A stretch of 64,000 nt of DNA from Polyangiales bacterium (GCA_038230375.1 JBBRNJ010000029.1:1-64000), one strand, 5' to 3'; counted from the stretch's first letter, positions 17,388 through 27,786 are shown. A program made the numbers and translations. The notes: generated by a model from the letters alone, not told the origin.

Positions 17388-18395
17388 CTACAGCTTGCAG
17401 TAGGTCGGAAAAGACGCCGGGAGCGTGCCCTTGTAGGGCGCGGGTGCTCCGAAGCCGTTGTCCTGGAAGAACTTCGCGACGCTGGGCGCTGCATCGAGCG
17501 GGATGTCGTGGCCCTTTCCGTGATCGCAGATGGCCGTGAAATGGCCCGTGCTCTGCAACGTGGTCCGGTAGGTCTCGCTCGCCGCCTTGAAGTCCGTATT
17601 GAACACGTTGTCCGAGGTCCCGCCGTCGAAGATCAGCGCAGCGAACTTGTTCGCAGGATCCTGGACGGTCGGCATGAAGCCCGGCGGCATGCCTCCCGAG
17701 TACGTGGCAACGCTCGCAACATAGCTGGAGCGCATGAAGCTCATCGCTGTCGTCTGCAACGCGCCTGCGCTCATGCCCATCGCGTGGATGTGCGTGGTGT
17801 CCACCATCGTGCTCTTCGCGGCGCATCCGACGATCTCGTCGGCGAGAAGGAAATCATCCAGCTTGGGGCTCTGGTTGACGATGAACCACTCGAACATTCC
17901 GGCGGTCGGGTCGGCTTGCGGCACGACCACGATCCCACCTGCGGCCTGGATGCTCGCAAGCGTTGACCCGAGTGAGTACGAAGCCTCCGACGTGGAGCTG
18001 CCCGTGGCGTACCAGTAGAACACCAGCGGACCGTGCTTCGTCTTGGCAGCGTCCGTCATGTAGACCTGCGCGTGACGCGCGGGCATTCCCGCGGGTGCGA
18101 ACGTCACATCACCGTTCGCGAACGTCGGGCACTTGCCCGTGGGTGCCGGGAGCGTCGGCGTAGCGGCATTGCCGACCTGCACGCCCGCCTCCCCAGCACC
18201 CGCGCCGCCGTCCTCGGTGCTCATCCCGCCGCCACCCGAACCGCCGGGGCCCGCATCGACGTCGGAGACCGTGCCGCCCGACCCGTTCCCGCCGGCGCCC
18301 AGAGGCGTGTTGTCCGATGTCGAGCTGCATGCCGCGAGGGTCACACCGACCGCAAGAACGGACCACGTACGAAGAAGTGCCGGAGGATTGCGCAT
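17388..18395 (-). CDS. Alpha/beta-hydrolase lipoprotein (PHB-depolymerase/esterase-like)
   Basis: Lipobox LAAC; PLVFYW; GMSAGA nucleophile elbow; GGTSD; CDHGKGH. Confidence 0.8.
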   Translation of the reverse strand: MRNPPALLRTWSVLAVGVTLAACSSTSDNTPLGAGGNGSGGTVSDVDAGPGGSGGGGMSTEDGGAGAGEAGVQVGNAATPTLPAPTGKCPTFANGDVTFAPAGMPARHAQVYMTDAAKTKHGPLVFYWYATGSSTSEASYSLGSTLASIQAAGGIVVVPQADPTAGMFEWFIVNQSPKLDDFLLADEIVGCAAKSTMVDTTHIHAMGMSAGALQTTAMSFMRSSYVASVATYSGGMPPGFMPTVQDPANKFAALIFDGGTSDNVFNTDFKAASETYRTTLQSTGHFTAICDHGKGHDIPLDAAPSVAKFFQDNGFGAPAPYKGTLPASFPTYCKL

Positions 18396-18497
18396 GCCGG
18401 GCACTGTTGCCGAACCTACGCGACCGCGCCATGACAGTTCGAGGCCATTCGGTTGACCGATCGCGCCAACGTTTCGCGCCTGCGATAGGTTTACGGC

Positions 18498-19502
18498 ATG
18501 GCTGCGTCGCCTCGCGGAAACTCGGTGCTGCTCCTTCGCCCCCTGGCGACTGTGCTGACGCGCCTGGGCGAGGACGGCGACGGATTCCTGACGACGCTGG
18601 GGATTTCGCCAGCATCCACGCCAAGCACGTACGTGGCCGCCGCCAAGGTCGACCGTGCGCTCGAGGAGATCGCGAGCAGGCGCGGCGACGACGCATTCGC
18701 GCTCACCATGGCGCGCAAGGCCGTCGTGAGGCCGCTCGGCCTCTTCGGTCACCTCGTTTGGCTGAGCGGGACAATGAGGGATGCGCTGACGCGCGCCGCC
18801 CGCTTCTACTCGCTCGTTTCGCAGCGCTCGATCCTCTCGCTGGACGCGCCTCCCGGGGAAGCCACCGCAACGGTCACTCGACGCACGCACCCAGGCGCCG
18901 CGAAGGGGCGCATCCTGGTGGAGTTCACGTTCGCATCCCTCATGCTGCGTGCGCGCGCGGCGTCCGGTGAGAAGTTCCGCGCACTGGAGATGCGCTTCGC
19001 GCACGACGCGCACGACCTCGCGCCATACGAGTCATTGTTCCAGAGCAAGGTCGTCTTCAACGCCGAGGTGGACGCGATGACCATCGACGCCGCGTGTCTC
19101 GACCTGCCCCTCTCCACTGCTGACCCACTCACCGCCGCGGCCGTCGAGGCGCAAGCCACGGAGCTTCGCGCGCGGCTCTCGCTCCCATCGTCGATGCCGT
19201 TCGAGGAGTGCGTACGGACGGCGGTGCTCGCAGAGATGGCCGCGGGCAGCCCGCCCTCACGTGAGAACGTGGCGCGGCGGCTCGCGATGAGTGACCGCTC
19301 TCTCAGCCGGCGCCTGCGCGATCAGGAGCTTTCACTGCGCGAGGTCGTGACGGACGCACAGCGTGAGCGCGCGGGAGAGCTCATGTCTTCGGGGATGACG
19401 ATCAAGGAGGTGGCGTTCGTGCTCGGCTTCTCCGAGACCAGTGCGTTCAGCCGCGCCTACAAGCGCTGGACCGGACGCGCGCCGTCGTCGAAGCGTCGCT
19501 GA
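18498..19502 (+). CDS. AraC-family regulator (OruR/VqsM type)
   Basis: VARRLAMSDRSLSRRL and EVAFVLGFSETSAFSRAYKRWTG HTHs; divergent from the hydrolase. Confidence 0.95.
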   Translation: MAASPRGNSVLLLRPLATVLTRLGEDGDGFLTTLGISPASTPSTYVAAAKVDRALEEIASRRGDDAFALTMARKAVVRPLGLFGHLVWLSGTMRDALTRAARFYSLVSQRSILSLDAPPGEATATVTRRTHPGAAKGRILVEFTFASLMLRARAASGEKFRALEMRFAHDAHDLAPYESLFQSKVVFNAEVDAMTIDAACLDLPLSTADPLTAAAVEAQATELRARLSLPSSMPFEECVRTAVLAEMAAGSPPSRENVARRLAMSDRSLSRRLRDQELSLREVVTDAQRERAGELMSSGMTIKEVAFVLGFSETSAFSRAYKRWTGRAPSSKRR

Positions 19503-19521
19503 GCTGCGCGACGATGGGCGA

Positions 19522-20370
19522 TCACCAACCAGGCGGCGGCTGCGCAAAGCGGCGGCCGGGGAACGGATCCGCGGTCTCACGGAGCTCGCGCTCATCGCGC
19601 GCGACGCGCTCCGGTCGGGGCATCACGCCGATGGCCTGAAGACCCTCGCGGTCGTCGTAGCGAAGCTGCACCGTCGACGCGGGGCTCGCCGACGCGCGCT
19701 GGAACGACGTGCTGTTGACGTGTGACTCGCGCTGCTCGCCGAACTGCGTACCCAGGCCCCTGCGCTCGCTCTCGTCGCGCGACGACGAGCGGTTCTGCGC
19801 GGACTTCTGCGGAGCGGGACGCGAATCACCGCCGGCCGCCGACGAAGGCACCGGACGACGCGACCACTCCTGCACGCGCTCCTGGAAGAACGCAATGCCG
19901 ATGACGCCGACGTTCCGGTCGCGACCGGTGCGCCCTGCGAACGACTCACGCACGGACGCAAAGCGGAACGCAGCGACCGAATCCATCGACGTGCGCCACC
20001 CATCGATGGTCACGTCGCCGAACGCGGGCACCACATAGCCGCGCTTGCCCAGGTTTGCGTCCTCACCATCGATCGCGTCGAGCCCGTCGACCGACACCAC
20101 GACCTCCATGCGCGCAGCCGTCGGATTCGTGACGTGAATGCGATAGCGCTGTCCCATGGCCCCGAGCACGAAGCGCTGTCCACCATGAGAGAAGGCCGGT
20201 AATGCTCGCTGCTCGTGGTCCAGAAGCTCCACCTGGAACGCGGGGACCGGCTCCATGTGAGGAGGAGGACGGCGCCACCGGGCCGACGAAGACTCCGGCG
20301 TGTCGGCAAATGTAGGGGCCGCAAACGCGACCACGGTGAGGGCGAGGAGGGGGACGATGGCGAGACGCAT
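19522..20370 (-). CDS. Conserved secreted hypothetical protein
   Basis: Signal peptide; EVVVSVDGLDAI, IDGWRTS, NVGVIGIAFF, LGTQFGE and FAQPP blocks. Confidence 0.8.
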   Translation of the reverse strand: MRLAIVPLLALTVVAFAAPTFADTPESSSARWRRPPPHMEPVPAFQVELLDHEQRALPAFSHGGQRFVLGAMGQRYRIHVTNPTAARMEVVVSVDGLDAIDGEDANLGKRGYVVPAFGDVTIDGWRTSMDSVAAFRFASVRESFAGRTGRDRNVGVIGIAFFQERVQEWSRRPVPSSAAGGDSRPAPQKSAQNRSSSRDESERRGLGTQFGEQRESHVNSTSFQRASASPASTVQLRYDDREGLQAIGVMPRPERVARDERELRETADPFPGRRFAQPPPGW

Positions 20371-20448
20371 GGCGCCTCGGACGGACCACCCGAACGTTCG
20401 ATCTGGCCCGGCTCTCGTTTTTCGCAAATAGAAGCAAGTGACCGGTTT

Positions 20449-23400
20449 TCAGCGCGTGCCTCCGCCTCCGACACGCGCGGTCGTGCGCGGCCGTGGCGGC
20501 GCGTCGTCTCTGGTCTCACCCAGCGACGAGAGGTAGCTCACGAGATCGCGGCGCTGCTCTGTGGTGAGCTGGCTCGTGTGGCCCATCTTGTCGTCGTTCT
20601 TCTCCAGCACGTCGAGCAGCGTCGCGTAGCGGCCGTCGTGGAAGTAGGGCCCGGAGCCGCTGACGAAGAACAGCGAGGGCGTATCGAAGTCGTTCTGTTG
20701 GTCGTTTGGCGTGTTGCTCGCGATGTCGTGCCGTTCGTGGTCGGTGAACGTGCCGCCCGCGTGGCAGCCGCCGCAGCGCGCCTCCGTTGACGTGAAGAGG
20801 GCACGACCGCGCGCGATCGCGTCGCTGTTCTTTCCCTGGAAGCGCGGCCCGGGGATCGACTGTACGTACGCCGTGATCGCCTCGAGGTCGTTTCCGTGAA
20901 GGCCTGCGCCGCCCAATCGCGAGAACGTCTGCCCCAGGTAGACCGGCAGCGTCGCATGCTCGCCGGTCCAACCGTACGGAGCCGTCTCCGCGATGCGCCC
21001 TGCAAGCATTGGCGTCTGTCGCGGACCGCGCGGCGTGGGCCATGTGAGTGCGTCGTCGCGACCGCCGATGTGGCAGTTCGCGCATGCGACGCCGCTCGCA
21101 GAGATGCGGTGATCGTTCGTCGTGTGAAACAGCTCGCGTCCATGCGCGAGGAGCTCGGCCTGGTCGTCACGCGCGGGATGCGGGAGCTCGTGGATCCACT
21201 GTCGCCATGGGTTCCGGATCAGACCAGACGTTGACGCCGCCCAGTGCGATGCGGTCTGGATTCCGCCGTCGAACGGAAGCACGGTCAGCGTCTGCGTTGC
21301 GGGAGACCAGGCGAGCAAGCTGCGATCATCATCGACGAGCGCGAGCCCCGTGGGCGCGTCCGCAACGGCGAACGGAAGTCCCCACGCAGAATCCACATGG
21401 CAGCGCTCTTTGCCCCCGAGGTCGATCTTGTAGACGCGCCCCGGCCCCTCGCACGCGACGTAGAGCCATTCGTTCGCTTCGTCGACGACAGCCGCGCGCG
21501 GCAACAGGCAGTCGCGACCTCCAAGACCAGCGGCGGGGCTCGTCTGCGAGGTGAGGATGCTTCGCCCCAGCGTCTGACCGCGATCTTCCCCGGTGCGGAG
21601 GACCGCGACCTCGAAGTGCTCCTCCACGTTGCCGCTGCCGTAGTACTGCACGCGCGTGTCGTTCGGATTGCCGGTCGTCGCAACGACGCCAGCCGCGTAA
21701 AACGTGTCGCCGACGCGCGTTATCTGGTTCTGCAGCATCGGAGACCACTCCGTGTCTCGCTCCATGAAGAGCTCGGTCCGGCTGCGGCCGCGCGTGTCCA
21801 CGGAGGTGCGCGTGCGCTGTGTCTGCGTGGGCAACGTGGCGTGAACGTGGAGCCCGCGGGGCGTCAGCTGGCGCGTGTGGAGGTCGACCAGGCTCATGAC
21901 ACCACCGACCTCGTGCGCGACAGCGGCCACCGAGTCGTTCGCGGAGAGCGTGAGCGTTCGCGGCGCGCGTGGCAGCGACACGGAGAATTCGCGATCGAGC
22001 GTCGACGTCTTGAACACCTCCAGCGTGTGACCCCAGTTCGACACCACCACCAGCGTGGTGTCGTCCTTGGTGAGCGAGAGCGCGACGGGCTCGGACTCCG
22101 TGGAGATCCGTCCGGTCTCGCGTAGCGTGGCCGGTGCTCCCTTCCCTGCCTCCAGCACGGCAACGGCCCCCTCGGTCGGAAGCGTGACGAATATGCGCCC
22201 ATTCCCATCCATCACCATCGCGCCTGGGGCGCTGGCAAGCGTCGCGGACAGGACGTCCGGGGTGTCACCGAGCGGCGCGCTCGCGGCCGGGAGATCCAGC
22301 GCGCGGACGGAGTTCTGATCGTCGTCGGACACGATGGCGAGCCTGCGACCTCCGAGCGCACCGGTGATGACGGTGGAGCCGTCGCGCGAGCTGCCCAGGC
22401 GCGAGAGCTTCACGTCGGCGGGCACTGGCCTCGCGGTCGGCGTGCGTTGAAGCAGCACGTATGCGGCCACGGGCGCGCCCAGACTGACGGCGCCCACCAG
22501 TACGGCGAAGGCGACCGCGAGGTTGCTCCGCGCGGGACCAGGCGACAGCGTGCGCGTCTCGAAGCGGGCGCGGCCAAGGAGCTCCGTGAGCGCAAATGCG
22601 GTGCGGGTGTGCACACCGGAGATCGACAGCACGAACACGTCCACGAGCGGCAGCGAGCCGCCGCCTTGAAGCAAGAGCTCCACGCGCTTTCCATTGAGCG
22701 GACCGCATGGACCGGCCGTGACGATGGCGCGCTCCACCTCGTTCGCGGGGAGAGTCGAGCGACGCTTCGTAACGAAGAGGCCGCGTTCGACGATCTCCAC
22801 GAGCCCGAGCTTCATGTCGAGCGAGACGCGCACGCGCCGGCGCATCATCACGAGCAGCGCGGCCGCGAGCGCTCCGAGCACCACCAGGGCGCTCCGCGAA
22901 TAGTCGTTCCGCATCACGATCACGGTGACCGACCGCGACGCACCGCTGGTGTCGGGGGTGAGCGCGCACTGGCCGATCAGGGAGCGAGCGGCGTCCGGCG
23001 TGATGCGGTCGCTCGGGTCCCACTCCTTGGGCGCAACGACAGTGGGCGCTTCGCCGCCGTTCACGGGGCGTCCGTTGATGATCACGCCGGAGCCGATGAT
23101 GACAGCCCCGTTCGAGGCGGCGCTCTGCGGCTTGCAGTCGGCCTTGCTCTTGTCCTTGCGCTCGCAGCCCGCCATCGAATCGAACGGCATCGCTGGCATC
23201 GCAGGAAATTCGATCTGCGTTGCCGTGATGTGGGGCACCTGGAACGGGTTCTTCGGCTCGAGCAGCGCCTCGAGCGCCTGGGGAGTGTCACGGCACGCGA
23301 CCATCCTCACACGACCAAGCGCGGCGCCATCCGACGAGGAGCACATCTTGGCGTCGGCAGGCCGCACGTCCATCGTGTTGCACGTGACCGTCGCAGGCGC

Positions 23401-23544
23401 GAAGTTCCGTCGCGCGAGGTACGCGCCCGGTACGGCGACCAGCAACGCGAGCACAACGGGCCAGATCCCCAGGCCCGGAATGTAGAGGACGCTGTCACGC
23501 GTCTGCCCACGACCACGCGAAACGTTTCGATACGGCGAACCCAT
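20449..23544 (-). CDS. Membrane-anchored YncE-type beta-propeller / di-heme cytochrome c (bCcP/MauG-like) fusion
   Basis: Three hydrophobic segments in the N-terminal third; propeller blades; CANCH and CGGCH; TPSL..PYFHDGRY.TL. Confidence 0.85.
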   Translation of the reverse strand: MGSPYRNVSRGRGQTRDSVLYIPGLGIWPVVLALLVAVPGAYLARRNFAPATVTCNTMDVRPADAKMCSSSDGAALGRVRMVACRDTPQALEALLEPKNPFQVPHITATQIEFPAMPAMPFDSMAGCERKDKSKADCKPQSAASNGAVIIGSGVIINGRPVNGGEAPTVVAPKEWDPSDRITPDAARSLIGQCALTPDTSGASRSVTVIVMRNDYSRSALVVLGALAAALLVMMRRRVRVSLDMKLGLVEIVERGLFVTKRRSTLPANEVERAIVTAGPCGPLNGKRVELLLQGGGSLPLVDVFVLSISGVHTRTAFALTELLGRARFETRTLSPGPARSNLAVAFAVLVGAVSLGAPVAAYVLLQRTPTARPVPADVKLSRLGSSRDGSTVITGALGGRRLAIVSDDDQNSVRALDLPAASAPLGDTPDVLSATLASAPGAMVMDGNGRIFVTLPTEGAVAVLEAGKGAPATLRETGRISTESEPVALSLTKDDTTLVVVSNWGHTLEVFKTSTLDREFSVSLPRAPRTLTLSANDSVAAVAHEVGGVMSLVDLHTRQLTPRGLHVHATLPTQTQRTRTSVDTRGRSRTELFMERDTEWSPMLQNQITRVGDTFYAAGVVATTGNPNDTRVQYYGSGNVEEHFEVAVLRTGEDRGQTLGRSILTSQTSPAAGLGGRDCLLPRAAVVDEANEWLYVACEGPGRVYKIDLGGKERCHVDSAWGLPFAVADAPTGLALVDDDRSLLAWSPATQTLTVLPFDGGIQTASHWAASTSGLIRNPWRQWIHELPHPARDDQAELLAHGRELFHTTNDHRISASGVACANCHIGGRDDALTWPTPRGPRQTPMLAGRIAETAPYGWTGEHATLPVYLGQTFSRLGGAGLHGNDLEAITAYVQSIPGPRFQGKNSDAIARGRALFTSTEARCGGCHAGGTFTDHERHDIASNTPNDQQNDFDTPSLFFVSGSGPYFHDGRYATLLDVLEKNDDKMGHTSQLTTEQRRDLVSYLSSLGETRDDAPPRPRTTARVGGGGTR

Positions 23545-23662
23545 GCGCGATGATACGCAAGCGACACGCCGAACCTTCGCTGCCGCGATCTACGCGGAAT
23601 CATTGCCCTCGTAAGAGACCGACCCGGCGTTTCGCCCGGCGCCTTCCCGGACGGGGCAGCGG

Positions 23663-24067
23663 TCAGCCGCGCTGGTGCAGCTCGACGACGTTGCGATCCG
23701 GGTCGCGCACGAACAGGCCCTGCGCGTGCTCGGTGAAGCGGATCGGCCCGCCGCTCGGCGTGATGCCGGCGGCCTCGAGCTGCGCCTTCGCCACCACGAG
23801 GTCTGGACAGAGAAGCGCGATGTGCGTGATGCCGGGATGCTTCTCCGGTACGTCCATCAGGATGTTCGGCGCAGTGGCGCTGGGCGCGTTCAAGATCAGG
23901 TTCAGCTCGATACCCGCTGGATGAAGCAGGATCGCGACGGGCTCAGGCCCCACCGGTCCTGCGGTCTTCTTGAAGCCGAGCAGCTCGTAGAACTGGACGG
24001 AGCGACCAAGGTCGTGAACGCGAATTCCAATGTGGGCAACGCCACTGATGACGATGGGCTCGTTCAT
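23663..24067 (-). CDS. VOC/glyoxalase family protein
   Basis: HIGIRVHDL..FYELLGF, HIALL, FVRDPDRNVVEL. Confidence 0.92.
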   Translation of the reverse strand: MNEPIVISGVAHIGIRVHDLGRSVQFYELLGFKKTAGPVGPEPVAILLHPAGIELNLILNAPSATAPNILMDVPEKHPGITHIALLCPDLVVAKAQLEAAGITPSGGPIRFTEHAQGLFVRDPDRNVVELHQRG

Positions 24068-24113
24068 GCGCCCAGTATCGCCGAACGCGTCGTGAAGTCG
24101 AAGGCGACAGTAG

Positions 24114-24734
24114 ATGATTCCAACGCAGTGCTTCCGCCGATACGCTCCATGGGTGAGATCCCCCGCGTGGGCGATATGCCTGATAGGCGCGATGCTCGTT
24201 GCCTGCGCGAGCAAGCCTGCCGCGCCGGCCGCTCCTCCGACGGCCTCCGCGGAGTCCGACGATCAGGACGACGCAGGCCCCGACGAGCCCGAACAAACGC
24301 CCGACGCTTCTGCGCCCATCGTGGTGGACATGCCAGAGCGAACGCGCCCACCGTCTACGGCAAGCTACGAGCAAGCACTGTCGACGCCCGAGCCGCTCAA
24401 CGTCAACGATGACCGCATGCACCTCACGGACGGGCAGCTCACCGGGCCCGTGCGCAGCGTCCTCAACGGCTGCCCCGTGCCGGCGCGGGCAAAGATCACC
24501 ATCAAGATCGTGGTGCAGCAGGGGCGAGCGATCGGCGTGACGGTCCTGGTGCGCATCGACAAACCCAAACCACCAGCGAAGCCGCCAAAGAAACCACCGA
24601 AGCCACCATCGAAGGCCGCCGCGAAGAAGGAGGCGAAGGCCATCGCCAGGACCACCACGTGCGTGGACACCGCGGTGCGCGCGATCGTATGGCCGCCTAG
24701 TCGAAGGCGCGACTCGTTCACGACCGAGTTCTGA
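24114..24734 (+). CDS. Lipoprotein with TonB-C/AgmX-like C-domain interrupted by a KPPK insert
   Basis: Lipobox LVAC; GCP..KITIKIVV..GRAIGVTV...CVDTAVRAIVWP. Start uncertain. Confidence 0.65.
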   Translation: MIPTQCFRRYAPWVRSPAWAICLIGAMLVACASKPAAPAAPPTASAESDDQDDAGPDEPEQTPDASAPIVVDMPERTRPPSTASYEQALSTPEPLNVNDDRMHLTDGQLTGPVRSVLNGCPVPARAKITIKIVVQQGRAIGVTVLVRIDKPKPPAKPPKKPPKPPSKAAAKKEAKAIARTTTCVDTAVRAIVWPPSRRRDSFTTEF

Positions 24735-24746
24735 AGCGAGCGAGCC

Positions 24747-25181
24747 CTACTGACCGCCGCCATCCGCCTGCTCGAACGCAAGCGGAACACTGAGTCGCAC
24801 GCCAGCAACGCCCGGCGCGCGGAAGTGTGCATTGTGCACGACATCGGCAAGGCAGCTTGCGAAGCCCTTGGAGAGCGACGAGCGCAACGGCGTCGCGGTC
24901 TCGACGTGACCGTCTGGGGCGATCGAGGCGGAGATGGTCACGGAGCCCGACTCGTTGCGATTCTCCTTCACGGCGTTCTGGTAGCACGCGACAAGCGCGG
25001 GTCCCACCGCGTCCAGACCGACCTCGATGTCGTGCTGCGTCCACTGCGGCTTTTCATCGAGCTGCGGCTCATTCGCCGCGGGCGCATGCTGCTGACCGCT
25101 GCACGCGGTGACGAGACCAATCGCAGCGATTGCCGCTGCTCGAAACGCCCCGGACCGTGTCCGCGCGAACGTCGTTGCCAT
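24747..25181 (-). CDS. AgmX/PglI C-terminal (TonB-C-like) domain lipoprotein
   Basis: Lipobox VTAC; ACY..G.V.I...I..DG.V...CL......F.AP...VPL.F. Confidence 0.8.
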   Translation of the reverse strand: MATTFARTRSGAFRAAAIAAIGLVTACSGQQHAPAANEPQLDEKPQWTQHDIEVGLDAVGPALVACYQNAVKENRNESGSVTISASIAPDGHVETATPLRSSLSKGFASCLADVVHNAHFRAPGVAGVRLSVPLAFEQADGGGQ

Positions 25182-25297
25182 GGGGTACTGCCTTCCGAGA
25201 ATCACCTCAAAGATAGCACGCAGACCGACCGCGAGCCCGTGGGCGGGATCTCGGTGATGGCGTGCGCGGTCCATGAAGCTGACGGCGTATCTGTATT

Positions 25298-26488
25298 TCA
25301 GCCCTCCGTGAGCGCCTTGAACCAGCTCGCGGACAGGACAGACTTGAAGTCCGTGTCCTTCTTCGCGCGCGCCTTCACCTTGTCTCCCGCGAGCGCGATC
25401 GCGAGCTTCAGTGCCTTCTCCGCGTTCGTTCCGTCGCCGAGCAGCGCGTATGCGCATGCAAGGTTGTAGGGCGGAAGCGGCGCGCGTGGGTTCGCCCAGG
25501 TTGCCTTCAGGAACAGATCGCGAGAGCCCGCGTAGTCCTTCTTCTGATGATGACGAAAGCCAGTGTCGTTGTAGAGCAGGCTTGCGATCTCGTCGTAGCG
25601 GACGCGCGTGATCGTGAGCTCGTTGCACCACTCCATGCAGTAGAAATGCCCCAGCAGCGCGAGCTCGTCGTTCGCTGGATTCGGGATGATCGCGTTCCAG
25701 ACGGCGTCGAACATGACGCCTGGCATCGGGGACTTCGGCTTCCTGGACAGCGACAGTGAGAACACTGGCTCCTCCTTCGCGTAGTGACCGCCGACCTTCA
25801 AGAAGCCGCTCCCCTCGGTCACGGGCAGGGTCGTGACCTCCAGCTCGAGATCATGCGCATACGGCCACGTCGTGACGACCGCGGGCGGCGTGATGGTCCC
25901 GGTCTTCGTGTTCCGGGTGAGGTCGACGCTGACGCCCTCTTTCAGCGAGGTGATCGCGGCGCCCAGCTCTGGTCCGACCACAAAGTGATCGCCGCTCTCG
26001 GTGAGATGAAGCTCCTTGGTCTCCTTCCCCGTACTCACGAAGCAGGTGTTGCCATTCTCGTCGCCCTTGCCGGCGGACAGTGGGGACATCGTGCCGCAGG
26101 CGATGACCTGCTTGCCATCCTTGGAGTAGCCCACCCACGTGGCGAGGTCGCGCATCCCGGTGTCGGTCGGCTGCGGATATCCCTTGATCACGAGCGGCCC
26201 AGGCGCGCCGAAGTCGACCTTGGGAAGCCCCATCCTCGCGGCGTTCAGCGCCGTCTCGCTCGCGACGTCGTCGCCCCCTGGCGTCGCGTAGGTGATGACT
26301 GCATCGGCCGAAGGGCGCGGCTTCACGGGACCCGAGTGCGTGGGCGCGGGGCTGCGCGCCACGCCCGATGCGCTCATGACGGGTGTCCCACTCGCGTGCT
26401 GCTCCGAGGATGCGGGCGATGGTTGCTCGTTCGACTTGCAGCTTGCTGCGCAGAGCAGGATCAAGCCTGCGATGGAGCGGACGTTCAT
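25298..26488 (-). CDS. Lipoprotein with C-terminal TPR-like domain
   Basis: Lipobox AASC; YNLACAYALLG..A..AL....A..DTDF terminal TPR. Confidence 0.8.
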   Translation of the reverse strand: MNVRSIAGLILLCAASCKSNEQPSPASSEQHASGTPVMSASGVARSPAPTHSGPVKPRPSADAVITYATPGGDDVASETALNAARMGLPKVDFGAPGPLVIKGYPQPTDTGMRDLATWVGYSKDGKQVIACGTMSPLSAGKGDENGNTCFVSTGKETKELHLTESGDHFVVGPELGAAITSLKEGVSVDLTRNTKTGTITPPAVVTTWPYAHDLELEVTTLPVTEGSGFLKVGGHYAKEEPVFSLSLSRKPKSPMPGVMFDAVWNAIIPNPANDELALLGHFYCMEWCNELTITRVRYDEIASLLYNDTGFRHHQKKDYAGSRDLFLKATWANPRAPLPPYNLACAYALLGDGTNAEKALKLAIALAGDKVKARAKKDTDFKSVLSASWFKALTEG

Positions 26489-26515
26489 GTCGTCCACTAT
26501 CTCACGAGGGCTCGG

Positions 26516-27733
26516 TCATTCGATCGAGAAGCTCTTTCCGACCGAGAGTGATCCGCCGGAGAACGCCGGAACCGTCGCGCTGCGATAGCGCTGCGCGACA
26601 CAAGCACCAACCGCGGTGCCCGAGTACGGCCCCTCCACATCGACGGCGGACACGTACCCGCTCGGCTGGAAAGTCACCTTCACGTGCCCCGAGCCGGTGG
26701 GACCATCCGCGCGCTTGCAGCTCGCGACGTTCACGCCGAGCGCGCGCGCGGCGGCAGGCCGATCGAAAGGCGGAGCGGTAGTGCTCGACGATGTGGTCGA
26801 CTGTTCGCCACCACATGCCGCGCCGACAGAGAGCCGCATGTGACATGCCGTCTCGTTCTCGCCGGGACAACATTTCGCGTTGGAGGTCGAGGTGCTCGCC
26901 GTCGACACCGGAGGCGACTGCGACGCGACGGGGTGGGCGTCGATCGGGCGCGATGTGGAGTGCGAGGCGACGCTGGTCACCGGCGGCGCGATCGTCCTGC
27001 CGGGGATGATGGCCACGACCGGAGCGCTGGACGGCGGCTCGTCGGTCGTGACGGCGGTAGGGACCGCGGCTGGTGGCGCGGTGGGAATGCCAAGGACGCT
27101 CGACTGCGGCAGTATCGGGACCGCTTGCCCGCTCGATCGCATGCGTGCACTGGCGACCGTGGCGATCCCGAGCATGGAAACGACCGCCAGTACGAACGCC
27201 CCGAGCATGAACGTTCTCGTGTGGCCACGGGCGCCTCCGGACTCTTGCGCCTGGACAAGAATCACGGGCGGCGCGAACAGAGGAGCGAACGCCCCTCCAC
27301 CGCTCAGGTTCACGATGTCATCGGCGCGCGCTGACGACGACTCGCCATTCGCTGTCGCGGAGACCAGGGCGCGGATGTCGATGAGCGCCGACGACTCGGT
27401 CGTCTTGGTCGGGGCGGGCGTCATGGTCTTCGCCAGCGTCGCGAGCGAGAAGAGCACGCTGCTCTCGTTCCTCTCCCCCGTGAGCTGCGTCGTGTTGCTT
27501 GCGGCGCTCGGCGCGGGCTCCTCGGCGCCCGCGCTGGCGACCCCTGCGAACAGGTCGGCGTTGCGCCCGCGACGGCTCTCGGTCGTCTGTGCGTACACTT
27601 CCCCACTGGCCTTGGAGGGTTCTGCCGGGAAAGATTCACCACATCGCTTGCAGCGGACCTTCACTCTACGTCCGTCCAGGCGTTCATCGGAGATGGTGTA
27701 TTTTGCAGTGCATGCGGGGCAGGTGAGCTTCAT
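26516..27733 (-). CDS. Zinc-ribbon (MJ0042-type) / TM / TonB-C protein, GltJ/AgmX-like
   Basis: MKLTCPAC..KY.I...KVRCKRCG; GERNESSVLFSL motif; TM helix; P/S/T linker; C-terminal G.V.VTF.PSG.V....G.CVA..F.VP.F.G. Confidence 0.85.
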   Translation of the reverse strand: MKLTCPACTAKYTISDERLDGRRVKVRCKRCGESFPAEPSKASGEVYAQTTESRRGRNADLFAGVASAGAEEPAPSAASNTTQLTGERNESSVLFSLATLAKTMTPAPTKTTESSALIDIRALVSATANGESSSARADDIVNLSGGGAFAPLFAPPVILVQAQESGGARGHTRTFMLGAFVLAVVSMLGIATVASARMRSSGQAVPILPQSSVLGIPTAPPAAVPTAVTTDEPPSSAPVVAIIPGRTIAPPVTSVASHSTSRPIDAHPVASQSPPVSTASTSTSNAKCCPGENETACHMRLSVGAACGGEQSTTSSSTTAPPFDRPAAARALGVNVASCKRADGPTGSGHVKVTFQPSGYVSAVDVEGPYSGTAVGACVAQRYRSATVPAFSGGSLSVGKSFSIE

Positions 27734-27744
27734 GGGTTCGCCAT

Positions 27745-27774
27745 TCAGACGCCCCGGATCGCCGTTCGGTTGGA
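27745..27774 (-). promoter_or_regulatory. ECF-type promoter of the zinc-ribbon gene
   Basis: Minus strand TCCAACC-N16-CGTCTGA just upstream of ATG 27733. Confidence 0.7.
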
Positions 27775-27786
27775 GCGAAAAATTCT

